Source: an uncultured Verrucomicrobiae bacterium (GTDB taxonomy: Bacteria > Verrucomicrobiota > Verrucomicrobiia > Chthoniobacterales > Chthoniobacteraceae). From it: 64,000 nucleotides of DNA. Position 1 is the first letter of the stretch. The number at the start of each line of letters is the position of its first letter. A program made the translations under genes and the position numbers. Under the pieces are notes generated by a model. The model had not been told where the DNA came from. It was given only the letters and a program-made list of their open reading frames with translations, and did no database searches. Below are positions 13,434-23,322 of the stretch, piece by piece. Location: contig CAVYKI010000010.1 in NCBI GenBank assembly GCA_963769025.1, forward strand, positions 448,001 through 512,000. Direction: 5' to 3'.

Positions 13434-14819
13434 TTACTCCGGCAGGAAGCGGATGCGCTTGTTGATGTCGGTGTTGATCGAGTGGTACGGCTGCGTGAGG
13501 TTCCCGGCGGCGAAGAGCGTCTGGCGGGTGTGCTCCATGTCGTCGTTGCCGATGGCGCTGGTGAAAATCGGCAGCAGGTATTCGATGCCGAGGCGCGAGG
13601 GTTTCAGCAGCTTCGTGTCGTAGAGCGCGGGGTGCATCTGCCGCGCGTGGATGAGGCCCCAGCGGTCGCGGAAGCGGTTGGCGTCGTAGCCCTCGACGTG
13701 GAAGCCGGTGGACTTGCTGTATTGCAGGACGGAGACGGCGTTGTTGCGCCCGTCGTTGAGCAGTTCGACGGCCTTTGCGCCGAGCTGCGCGGCGTAGAAG
13801 CGGTCGAACGCAATCGGCCTGCCGCCGCGCTGCGTGTGGCCGACCTTTCTGGTGAAGATGGCCTCGCGCGCGGACTCGCTGCGGCGGTAGCTCTGGAAAT
13901 ATTTGTCGCCGAGCATCTGGATGAGCTTCGCGCGCAGGGCCTCCGCGGCACCGCTCAGCGCGACGTTGCCGGCCGGGTCGAAGGTTCTCGATTCCGCGCC
14001 GAGTTCGTTGCCCTGCGCGTCCACGATGCCTTCGCCGCACACGATGACGACGTTCTTTTGCAGGTCGTAGATGCTCTTCACCCGGTCGGCGAGGTGATCG
14101 ACGTCCAGCGGCACCTCCGGCACGAGCACGATGTCGGGCCGGCCGTAGGTGGAGCCGAGGGCGATGTAGCCGGAGTGCCGGCCCATGACTTCGACGATGG
14201 CGATGCGGCGGTGGCTCTCGGCGGTCGTGCGGAGGCGCTCGACGCCGCTCGCGGAGACGAAGACGGCGGTGGCGTAGCCGGGCGTCACGTAGTTGACCAT
14301 CTGCTCGAGGTCGAAGACGGACTGCGATTCGCTGCGGCGGTAGCGCATTCCGCTTTTCGCCGCGGGGTCGTGCGAACGGACCCATTCGTCGGGCTCGCTC
14401 GCGTAGTTGAGGCCGAGGTCGTTGTCGATGGTCTTGGGGGCGAGCACGGTGGGCAGGCGCTCGGCGAGCGGCTGCAGGCCGTTGAGCGTGCCGTCGCCGC
14501 CGACGCAGACGAGGCCCTCGATGCCGAGGCGCTGGAGGCGCTCGACGATGAGCTCGAGCTCTTCCTTTTTGTCCGGATCCACGTAGTCGCGGGACGAGCC
14601 GATGAGCGTGCCGCCGATGGTCGGGTCGAGCTCGGGGATGGTCTGGTAAAGCGGGTTGAGGTGCACGTGCGGCACCTTGGGATTGAAGAGGCTGTTGAAG
14701 CCCTTCATGAGGCCGAAGACCTCGATGCGGAGCTGATTCGCACGGACGACCGCGCCGTGGATGGTTGCGTTGAGTGCGGGCGTGTCCCCGCCCGCCGTGA
14801 GAATGCCGATTCGCTTCAT
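13434..14819 (-). CDS. pfkA: 6-phosphofructokinase (PfkA family)
   Basis: GILTAGGDTPALN, GGDGT, PKTIDND, EVMGR, GHTQRGG. The G104/K124 pattern suggests the ATP-dependent form. Confidence 0.92.
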   Translation of the reverse strand: MKRIGILTAGGDTPALNATIHGAVVRANQLRIEVFGLMKGFNSLFNPKVPHVHLNPLYQTIPELDPTIGGTLIGSSRDYVDPDKKEELELIVERLQRLGIEGLVCVGGDGTLNGLQPLAERLPTVLAPKTIDNDLGLNYASEPDEWVRSHDPAAKSGMRYRRSESQSVFDLEQMVNYVTPGYATAVFVSASGVERLRTTAESHRRIAIVEVMGRHSGYIALGSTYGRPDIVLVPEVPLDVDHLADRVKSIYDLQKNVVIVCGEGIVDAQGNELGAESRTFDPAGNVALSGAAEALRAKLIQMLGDKYFQSYRRSESAREAIFTRKVGHTQRGGRPIAFDRFYAAQLGAKAVELLNDGRNNAVSVLQYSKSTGFHVEGYDANRFRDRWGLIHARQMHPALYDTKLLKPSRLGIEYLLPIFTSAIGNDDMEHTRQTLFAAGNLTQPYHSINTDINKRIRFLPE

Positions 14820-15003
14820 GTTTGAAAAAACGTTTGCCGTTGAACCGGCGAACAGCAACGGCACGCGCACCGAAGAGTCAAGCCTTCGCACGGTGCCAGC
14901 CCGGCAGCGGACCGATGCCGCGCCCTTCCGGAGGGACCCGCTGAGCGAGGTGACGTGCGGGATTTTCGTTTACATGCATTTTCGAGGAGATGAGCTTCTT
15001 CAA

Positions 15004-16104
15004 ATGTCCGAAGCGCTCCCACAAAAGTCATTTGCCGAATTGCTCGGGGAAGAAGCGCGGAAATCGAACCTCGCGGCCCGGGAAGTCAGCTTTCCCGCAG
15101 GGCAGATGATTTTTGGAGCGGGCGAATTGGGCGACGGCCTGTACGTGATCGACGAAGGCATCGTCGAGATTGCCACCGCGATGCCGGACCGGCAGTCGCG
15201 GGTTCTTTCCACGCTGGGGACCGGGGCGTTCTTCGGCGAGATGTCTGTGATCGACGACCTGCCGCGCTCGGCCAACGCGAAGGCGCTGACGGCCACCCGC
15301 GCACGATTCTTTCCACGCGAAGAAGTCTGGCGCCTGGTCGCCCAATCACCGCCGCTCCTGATCGCGCTGATGCGGGAAGTGATCGGTCGGATGAGGCGCG
15401 CGGAGCAGCGCGCCATGCAGGAGGCGTTGGAGGCCGCGCGGCTTTCGGTCGTGGGCCGCTTTGCGCAGTCCATCGTGCATGATTTGAAGAATCCGCTGAA
15501 CACGATCGGGCTCGGCACGGAGCTCGCATTCTCGGATCATTCGACCCCCGAGATACGCAAGGAAGCGGGGCTCCTCGTGCGAAAGCAGGTGGACCGGCTG
15601 GCGGGGATGATTCACGAAGTGCTCGAGTTCACGCGTGGGACGACACGGTCGCTGGATCTGGTCCCGGTGGATTTCCGGGAGTTCATCGCGAGCGCCGTCG
15701 AGGAACTCCGCCCGGAGGCGGAGGCGCGGGCCGTGAAGCTGGAGCTTGCGAACGAACCGCCCGAAGTGCCCGCGCTGATCGATCGTGTGCGGCTCATGCA
15801 CGTCATCCACAATCTGGCGAACAACGCGATGGATGTGATGCCTTCGGGCGGGAAAATCCTGTTTCAGTTCCGGCTGGAGGACGGGGGCGTCGTCACGGAA
15901 ATGGAAGACACAGGGCCCGGCATCGCGCCGGAGGTTGCGAACCACCTCTTCGAGCCGTTTGTCACGCACGGGAAGTCCCACGGGACCGGGCTCGGCCTTT
16001 CCATCTGCAAGCGCATCGTCGAGGACCACGGCGGCAAGATCGCGGCGATCAGCCAGCCAGGGCGCGGCGCGAAATTTTCATTCTCGCTGCGGCGGCAGTG
16101 CTGA
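15004..16104 (+). CDS. Cytoplasmic histidine kinase with N-terminal cyclic-nucleotide-binding domain
   Basis: cNMP cassette FFGEMSVIDDLPRSA; HisKA HDLKNPL; HATPase NLANNA, DTGPGI, GTGLGL; no TM segment. Confidence 0.9.
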   Translation: MSEALPQKSFAELLGEEARKSNLAAREVSFPAGQMIFGAGELGDGLYVIDEGIVEIATAMPDRQSRVLSTLGTGAFFGEMSVIDDLPRSANAKALTATRARFFPREEVWRLVAQSPPLLIALMREVIGRMRRAEQRAMQEALEAARLSVVGRFAQSIVHDLKNPLNTIGLGTELAFSDHSTPEIRKEAGLLVRKQVDRLAGMIHEVLEFTRGTTRSLDLVPVDFREFIASAVEELRPEAEARAVKLELANEPPEVPALIDRVRLMHVIHNLANNAMDVMPSGGKILFQFRLEDGGVVTEMEDTGPGIAPEVANHLFEPFVTHGKSHGTGLGLSICKRIVEDHGGKIAAISQPGRGAKFSFSLRRQC

Positions 16105-16166
16105 GGCTTCAAGCCGCCGGCCGATCCTGCGCCTTTCGCCAGCACATCCGAGCCGCGGTGTTTCCG

Positions 16167-17057
16167 CTAGAAGCGGTAGCTCGTGCCGATTCCGATTCCG
16201 AAAGTCTGATAGGACGCGCGCGAGACGTTCGAGTCGTTATCGACCAAGTAGGTCGTCAAATTGGCCGTCCAGCGATCGCTGATCTGATACACGAAATTCA
16301 AGCCTGCCAGGTTGCGCGAATCGTGCCGGGCCACACTGGTGTAGTTGCTGTACTGAAAGGCATAGAAGAGCTGGCAGTAGAGGGCGAATCCGAGCCGCTG
16401 CGTCACACCCACCGTGACCCGGTGCGCGTTGCGATCATCCGCGACGGGAAAGCTGAAGTAGTTCGAGAAATTGTAGCCGATGGAGAAAACGGTCTGGTCC
16501 CGGTTGAAAGTCCACTCCTTCTGGATGCCTGCCGAAATTGGCAGGGCTTCGGTGAGCTGATCGCCGGTGCGGGCGCTGGCGTACCAATACGGCTCGATGC
16601 CGGCGTAAAAACGCACCGCGTCCTTTGACGGCTGATAATTCAGAAGCGCCGACCCGCTGAAGCCCCAGAAGCTGGACTCATCGAACTTGGTATAGACGAA
16701 GGCGTCGGATCGCGCACCGAACGAGAGCGAGAAGCCATGGTCGAGCGGCTCGTCAAACGACACCCCAATGCTCGGACGAAGCAGGAAATCGCCGCTCCCG
16801 TGATTGCCTGAATACAGCGCGTTGGAGACATACTCCGTGCTGACCGACGCGGTCAGGCGTAACCGCTCGAGGAGCGGTTTGTCCGCGAGCGGACGGATGT
16901 CCCCCAAATCGTCGATGACGGCCGGCGGCTGTTGCGGCACGCCTCTCGCCGCTTCCACGATCTGCGTGACCTGAACCACGCGGTCCGACTGCGAAAAGGC
17001 GTTTTGAACGAAGCCAGTCGCTACGAGTAGCGCGAAGAGAACTCGATGGAGTTTCAA
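16167..17057 (-). CDS. Outer-membrane beta-barrel protein (DUF560/BBP2-like)
   Basis: Signal peptide, alternating aromatic/hydrophobic strands, C-terminal DSNVSRASYQTFGIGIGTSYRF ending in Phe. Confidence 0.7.
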   Translation of the reverse strand: MKLHRVLFALLVATGFVQNAFSQSDRVVQVTQIVEAARGVPQQPPAVIDDLGDIRPLADKPLLERLRLTASVSTEYVSNALYSGNHGSGDFLLRPSIGVSFDEPLDHGFSLSFGARSDAFVYTKFDESSFWGFSGSALLNYQPSKDAVRFYAGIEPYWYASARTGDQLTEALPISAGIQKEWTFNRDQTVFSIGYNFSNYFSFPVADDRNAHRVTVGVTQRLGFALYCQLFYAFQYSNYTSVARHDSRNLAGLNFVYQISDRWTANLTTYLVDNDSNVSRASYQTFGIGIGTSYRF

Positions 17058-17087
17058 GGGATGATGGGTGGGTGGGTTGATCGGCCG

Positions 17088-17934
17088 TTACGGATTGCCG
17101 CCGGGACGCCGGGATCCGGGATTGCCGCCGGGATTCACGGGATTGCCGTTCATGGTCGTTGGTTGCACCGTCGTTCGTCGACGCGGTCGGCGTGACCGGC
17201 TCCGTGCTGACCGGTTGCGGAATCGCCGTTGGCTGGCGCGACGAATTCACCAGGGCGGAATCGACTGCGTTGGCATCATGCAAACCCGGAAAAAGGGATG
17301 CGAGCCAGGTCCGTTTGATCTGGATTCCCGTATCTTCGGGAAGCGGTCCCATGGCGTACAGCTTTCCCCGCGTTGCCTCCTTCGGGTCGAACTTGAAGAG
17401 CGTTGCCTTGCCGTTGGCGACCCTGATCGCCCATCCGGCGGGAATCTTGTACTTCTTTCCGGCGACCGTGACCGTGGTCGAACCTCGCAGTATGGCCAGC
17501 ATGTCGGGCGTGAGCTTGCCGACCGTACCGGTGATTGCTGCGGTGAGCGCCGGTGTCTTGATGGTCCGGACTCCCTGGTTTGGCGCGGCGTAGAAAAGCA
17601 TGTCGCCCTTGTCCAGCGAGAGCGCGCGGGTTCTTCCCTCGAAGGAAAAGACCGAGTTCTGCCCGACGCGGACGAGGCTGCTGTCCTTGAATTGCAGTTC
17701 CGCACGCGAGTCGCTGCCGGTCTGGACAATCTGCGTCGCCTTCACCGAATCCGAAACGACCGCGGCACGCCGTGCCGACACCTGCCCTGCCTTGATTTCC
17801 GCCACGGCCACCTTGTTCTGGACCCGGGTGATCGTTGCGGAATCCAACGGGGGCTGTGCCATGGCCACGCTCAAGCTCGCGAGGATGAACACAGCGCCCC
17901 AGGGAAGTCCGGCGGAGAAGGTGTGCCGTTTCAT
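17088..17934 (-). CDS. Secreted FecR-domain protein 1 with Pro/Gly/Asn-rich tail; frameshift about 17160
   Basis: Signal peptide; QTGSDSRAELQFKDSSLVRVGQNS...KTPALTAAITGT. The corrected tail NGNPVNPGGNPGSRRPGGNP ends at TAA 17088-17090. Confidence 0.8.
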
Positions 17935-18074
17935 GCCGTTTCCTTGCCCGGCGCGGCGGTGCCAGTCAAGCCCTGCGCACTGGCTGGCAGTCCCCGCAAT
18001 TGAACGCGGAATGCCTCGCAAGCCGCCCCCCGCCATCGCCACAGGCTCTCGATTCCGGATGGCTCCGCCCGCCG

Positions 18075-18933
18075 CTATCGCAACCCCAAGAATATCCCGA
18101 TCGAATCGAAGATTCCGACCCGTCCGTCAGGAAGGACTCCGGTGATTGGCCTGTTTGTCCCGACGAGGGATCGGTTGATAAGACGGCTGCTCTCAGAATC
18201 AAATCCGACACCGGCGGCGTCATACAGACGAATGACGGCGTAGTCCGCGTCCGCCTCCTTGAGCCATGGGCTGAATTTCGCCATCTTGGCCTCGGCCTCG
18301 TCCGGGAGCGCCGCCCACTCCAGGAGCTTTCTCCGCGCCCGGGACCACAGTTCATCTTCGCCATCGGATTGATAAATGACCAGCGTGCCAAACACCCACT
18401 TCGCGGCGTTGTGATCGGTGCCGGCCTCGATCACCGCCTTCTTGTCCACCCCATCCTGCCTATAGAAGAGCGGGATTTTCCCGTCGAGGGCGAGGACACC
18501 ATCGAGCGAAAAGAGCACCACAGTGCCCGTGATCGCCGCGGTCAGGGCCGCGGTCTTGAGTTTTACCCCGGACTTGCCCGGCGGCAGATAAAAGAGCATG
18601 TCGCCCTTTTCGAGGGAGAGCGTGCGCGAGTGGGCTTCGAAGGAAAAAATGGAGTTTGGCCCGACACGGATGAGGCTCCCGTCGTTGAACTCCAGTTCCG
18701 CCCGCGCAGCGCTCGCGGTCTGGAGGAAGTGGTTTGCCCGGATCACCTCGGAGACGGTGGCCGGATGCGCACCCGTGGCCTGGCCCGCCTTGATCTCCGC
18801 CACGATGGCTTTGTTTTCCACCCGCTTCACCGTCGCGGTGTCGAATGGCGGCGCGCGCGTGAGCGGGGATGAGACCCGCGACAAGAAACGCTACGATCCG
18901 CCAAGGCACACCGGGAACTCTGCGGGGGTTCAT
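18075..18933 (-). CDS. Secreted FecR-domain protein 2; frameshift about 18880
   Basis: MNPRRVPGVPWRIVAFLVAGLIPAHARA signal in one frame; QTASAARAELEFNDGSLIRVGPNS...KTAALTAAITGT in the next. Confidence 0.8.
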
Positions 18934-19037
18934 GGCGTCGTAGGTCTGCCCCCGCGCGTGCCGAGTCAAGCCGGAAAAGGGTCGCCAAATCCGAGGTGTT
19001 CGCCCGATACTCCCGCGGTGCGAGGTCCTGCCACCCC

Positions 19038-21156
19038 ATGAATTTCCTGAGCCGCCATCGACGCGCCTTTCTGGTCGTGGTTTGCGTCGTGTGCACAGGC
19101 ATCATCGCGGCGGCGCACTGGACGAATTTCGAACCGCTCGTGCGCATGGAATCGAGCGCCCGTGATTTTCTGACGCGGCACGGCGACCGCTCACCCACTC
19201 GGCCGGAGCTCGTCTATCTTGCGATCGATGCGGCGACCATCTCCCTCGACAATGCGTTCGACGACGAGATCAACGCGTCCCCTGCCCTGCGGTCGATGAA
19301 GGCCTCGGGCTGGCCGTGGTCCGCGCGACGTCTATCCGATGATCATCGAACGGCTGCTGAATGCCGGCGCGCGAGTCATCATATTCGACATGCTGTTCCC
19401 GACCGAGCGGGAGGGCGACGCGGCGTTCCGCGCGGCGCTGGATCGCTACGGCGACAAGGTCGTGATCGGCGCGAACTTCGTCGAGACCCCGCTCACGAAG
19501 ACGCTCACCGTCCCGGCTCCGTCGCTGATCCCGTCGGAGGATCCGCTCGATCCGCGGGTGGGCTACGTGAATTTCTGGGCGGAAATCGACGGCACCGTGC
19601 GCACCGCCAACTACCGGATCACGGAAGACGAGGTGAATGGCTGGCGGCCGAGGCCCGATTCCAGGGTGCTCTATTCGCTCGGCGGCCGCGCGCTGTCCAA
19701 GCTCGGGCACGAGGATCTGATCCCCCGCGAGGGCCGCTGCATCCGCTTTGCGATGGACGATCCGAATTCGCTGACCGCATTTCCGCCTCGTTCGTTGTGG
19801 CAAATTTTTGCCGCCCCGACATGGGAGGCTCATCCGTACAACAGCGGCGAGTTTTTCCGGGACAAGATCGTGCTCATCGGCCCCGAGGGCGACTGGGCCC
19901 ACGATGTCCTGCGCACCCCGCTGGGCCTGATCCCCGGCCCGGCCCTGCACCTGCACGCGATCAATGCGGCGCTCAACCGGGACTTTGTGCGCGAGCCCTC
20001 GCGGACGGGAGATCTTGCCGGCATCCTCATCGCGGGGCTCGTCGCTTGGGGGCTGAGCATGCTGATCCGGCAGCCGTTTTTCCGCTTCCTCGCCTTCATC
20101 GGCGGAAGCGTCGCCTATTACTTCGTGGCGCAGGGCGTCTTCGACTTGAAATCCGGCGCGGTCATCCTCGGCCTCATGCCGCCGCTGCTGGCCGCGAACG
20201 GCTCGGGACTCGTGTGGCTCGTCTGCGAACAGGTGATCGACCGCCTCGAAAAGGCGCGCACGCGCCGGACGCTCGAACGCTACGTGTCCAAGGATCTCGT
20301 GAAGGAGATCCTCGACAACCCCGCGAGCATCCTGAACGCGCTCGGCGGCACGCGCCGGTCCGTGGCGATCCTCTTCAGCGACCTGCGCAATTTTACGACG
20401 ATGACCGAGGAGGCCGACTCACGGCAGCTCGTCGCGCAGCTCAACGAATACTTCACCGCGATGGTGGAGCGCATCTTCCACAGCAAGGGCACGCTCGATA
20501 AGTTCATCGGCGACGCGATCATGGCCGTCTGGGGCGAGGTGCAGAGCGAGGGACCCGTGCGGGACGTCGAGCGCGCGGTCACCGCCGCGCTGGAGATGCA
20601 GGTGGCGCTCACGGCCTTGAACCGCAGTTGGGAGCAGCGCGGCATCCGGACATTCAAGATGGGAATCGGCATCAACTACGGCCCGGTCATCGTCGGCAAT
20701 ATCGGCGCGACCGGCGCGACGGAGAAAATGGAGCTGACCGTGATCGGCGATCCGGTGAACCTCGCCTCGCGCCTCGAAGGGCTCACCAAGCAGTTTGGCG
20801 TCGAGCTGCTGCTCGGCGAAGGCGCGGCCGATCTGGTGACGGACCTTTTTCACCTCCAGTTTGTGGATCAGGTCAGGGTGAAGGGAAAAACCCAGCCCAT
20901 CCGCATGTACACCGTCCTCGGTCCGCAACGCACGCCGCTCCCGGAAAACACGCTCAGCTACGCCGCCTACTACGCGGAGGGCGTGAGCCGTTACCAGATG
21001 GCGCACTTCGCGCCCGCCATCGAGTCGTTCAGCCGCTGTCTCAAGTGCATCCCCGACGATCCGCTCGCGTCGATGTACCTGAGCCGTTGCAGCGACCTCC
21101 GGGATCACCCGCCCGGGCCGGAGTGGGATGGCGTTTTTGTGGCGACCAAAAAATGA
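19038..21156 (+). CDS. CHASE2-domain class III adenylate cyclase with C-terminal TPR-like tail; frameshift about 19325
   Basis: N-terminal TM, CHASE2 (AID, WPW, GARVIIFD, DGTVR, KIVLIG, TP.G.IPG..LH), 3 TM, LFSDLRNFT, DKFIGDAIMA, TVIGDPVNLASRLE (K/T ATP specificity), WDGV tail. Confidence 0.92.
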
Positions 21157-21213
21157 ACCTGCGCCCCAAAGGCCCGGGCCGCGTTCGCGTCCGTCCCGCC
21201 TGAAAGCGGAGCG

Positions 21214-22081
21214 CTACGCCGCGCCGCCCGCCTTGCTTTCCACCATTCGCCGCAGCCGTGCGATGTTGCGCTCGACCCGCTGCACGTACTCGTTCGGCCC
21301 ATCCGGGTAGGGCCGGTTCAGAAAAGTGTACAGCCGTTCAAAATCGCTCTCGATTTTCGTCCGGACGTATCCGTCCCAAAATGCCGGCGTCTTCCGCAGC
21401 AGATCGTCCAGGCTCGTGAAGGGAGATTTTCTTCGCCGCCGCCGGCCCGTCGAACCGCGCGGCTTCCGCGAATTCCTCGTAAAGCACCGGCAGCTTGTCC
21501 ACGTAATCGGGGGCGGCCATCTGCCCGAGCAGATCCGCGGTGCCGAGCACATAGCCCATCATCCGCTCCTCGGCGTTTTGGAAAGGAATCGCCTGGAGAT
21601 CCACATTCACGCCGGTGCACCGGATCATGTGCTGGATGGCCGTCGTGTCCGCCTCCGTCCAGCCCTTGCGGGAAAGAAACTCCGTCGCAAACACCGCGCT
21701 CCGGGAGACGTGCGTCAGCGTGTATTTTGCCCCGGTCCCTTCCGTGTCATCCTTCTTTTTAAGATAGCCCGTGTCGTGGAAAAGGATCGCCAGAAGTCCC
21801 AGCTGAAATCCTTTTTCCGAGAGCGCCGGGCGCGCCTTCGCCTCGTGGCGCCCGTGCAGCAGACGCGCGAGGCAAAGCGTGCCCTGCAGCGTGTGCTCGA
21901 AATCGTGGTAGAGCGCATCGATGGCATGGTAGCCGTCGTATTCGCCGGAAAAAAACTGCCCCGCCCACTCGAACGCCTGCCGGACGAAACCCCGATCGCC
22001 CTCCGGGAACATGCTCCGGTAAATCGACGCGACACACTCCTCCGCTGCGCGGGGCACTTTGGTGTCCACCTCGTCAAACAT
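21214..22081 (-). CDS. HD-superfamily metal-dependent phosphohydrolase (possible cyclic-nucleotide phosphodiesterase); frameshift about 21425
   Basis: YHDFEH...LFHDTG...H...TADLLGQ metal ligands. Confidence 0.8.
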
Positions 22082-22145
22082 GCGCGGAGCGTGGGCTTTT
22101 TCCCGCCTTTTGCAATCATTCTCCCGTGCCCGCGGACGCTCGCTC

Positions 22146-23094
22146 CTACGACGCGAGAACGGCTTCCGGCGCGACCGAAGTGAGATCGCCTGAAGGCGCG
22201 CGGATGATGCGCACGTGTTCCCCGACCGGCGCCCAGACGGACGGATCGGTCGGGCCGAAAAGCAACGTGGACGGGATGCCGGTGGCGGCGGCGATGTGCG
22301 AGATGCCGGTGTCGTGCCCGAAGTAGGCGCTGCACCCCGCGAGCAGCGCCGAGAGCGTGGGAAGCGGGAGATTCCGCGCGACGAGCGGCGCGTGCACGGA
22401 AAGCGAGCGGGCGAGCGTGTCGAGTGCGCTGTCGTCGGCCTCGCCGCCGATGAGGAGGAGCCGCGCGCCGCCCGATGCGATGCGGTCGCCGAGGCGCTGC
22501 CAGTTTCCCGCGGGCCAGTTTTTCCTCGGGCTGCCGGAGCCGGGGTGGAGCGCGACGAGCGGGCGCGCATCCTTTTCCGCGGCCTGCTCGGCGAGCCACG
22601 CAGCGGCGGCAGTTTTTCGTCGGTTCGTTCGGGAAAAGTCGCGTGGCATTTTCGTCGAGAAAGACGGCCATCCGTTCGAGGCCGCGCGCGAGCTGGACGC
22701 TGGCGTGCTGCTGGTCGGTGATCTTTTCGTGGACGCCGAGAAAGTTGCGCACGCCCGCGCGTTCGAGGTTCGCGGCGAAGATGCCGTCGGGATCGAAGAG
22801 CCAGCTCACGACCTGCTGGAAGCCGGCAAAGTACGCGCAGAGGTCGGGCGCGAGCTGCCCGGCGCGCGCGAAGAACGCGGCCATCGGGCCGTATTCGATA
22901 TTCCGCACGGCGTCGGCGTAAGTCTTCCCGGGCTCGGGGCCGCCATGCAGCGCGAGTTCGGCGATGTGGCGGTAGCCGAGGATCTCGAGGTGGCAGTGCG
23001 GCAGCGTCTGCCGGAGCATCCGGATCGCGGGAAGCGTAAGGACGAAGTCGCCAATCGCTCCGCCGCGGATGACGAGGATGCGCGGCTTGCTCAC
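22146..23094 (-). CDS. Glycosyltransferase family 9 (heptosyltransferase-like); frameshift about 22620
   Basis: ILVIRGGAIGDFVLTLP, HPGSGSPRKNWP, GHDTGISHIAAA, LFGPTDP. Confidence 0.9.
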
Positions 23095-23315
23095 CGGTTA
23101 CTTCCGCTCTGGATCTCTTCCACCTCGCGCTGGATCGCCTCGATCTACCGCTTGGATTCTTCGAGCGTCCTCATCGCCTGGCGGTGCCTTGCGTCTTCCC
23201 TTTCCATATTCTGCCTAAACAGGAAGACGCCGACACCCACGAGGATTGTAACGAGGAGTTTGGTGATGCTGGCAAGCTTGCCGGGCGATGGGCGGGGCGT
23301 TGCGGCGGGCTGCAT
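23091..23315 (-). CDS. Small single-TM protein with coiled-coil tail, interrupted by an in-frame TAG at 23145-23147
   Basis: Hand translation MQPAATPRPSPGKLASITKLLVTILVGVGVFLFRQNMEREDARHRQAMRTLEESKR*IEAIQREVEEIQSGSNR*; the final TGA overlaps the GT9 GTG start. Confidence 0.5.
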
Positions 23316-23322
23316 GGCAGGG

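Noticed and set aside
14820..15003. CRP/Clr box near the cAMP module
   Set aside because: No TGTGA-N6-TCACA-like site was seen here or in 18934-19037.
17941..17970. Sigma-54 promoter upstream of the FecR genes (TGGCAC present)
   Set aside because: No GC at the -12 position in either copy.
21195..21217. Possible single degenerate GTAG REP (minus strand GTAGCGCTCCGCTTTCAGGCGGG)
   Set aside because: The GTAG is supplied by the HD stop codon, the stem is short and there is no partner; it may just be a terminator hairpin.
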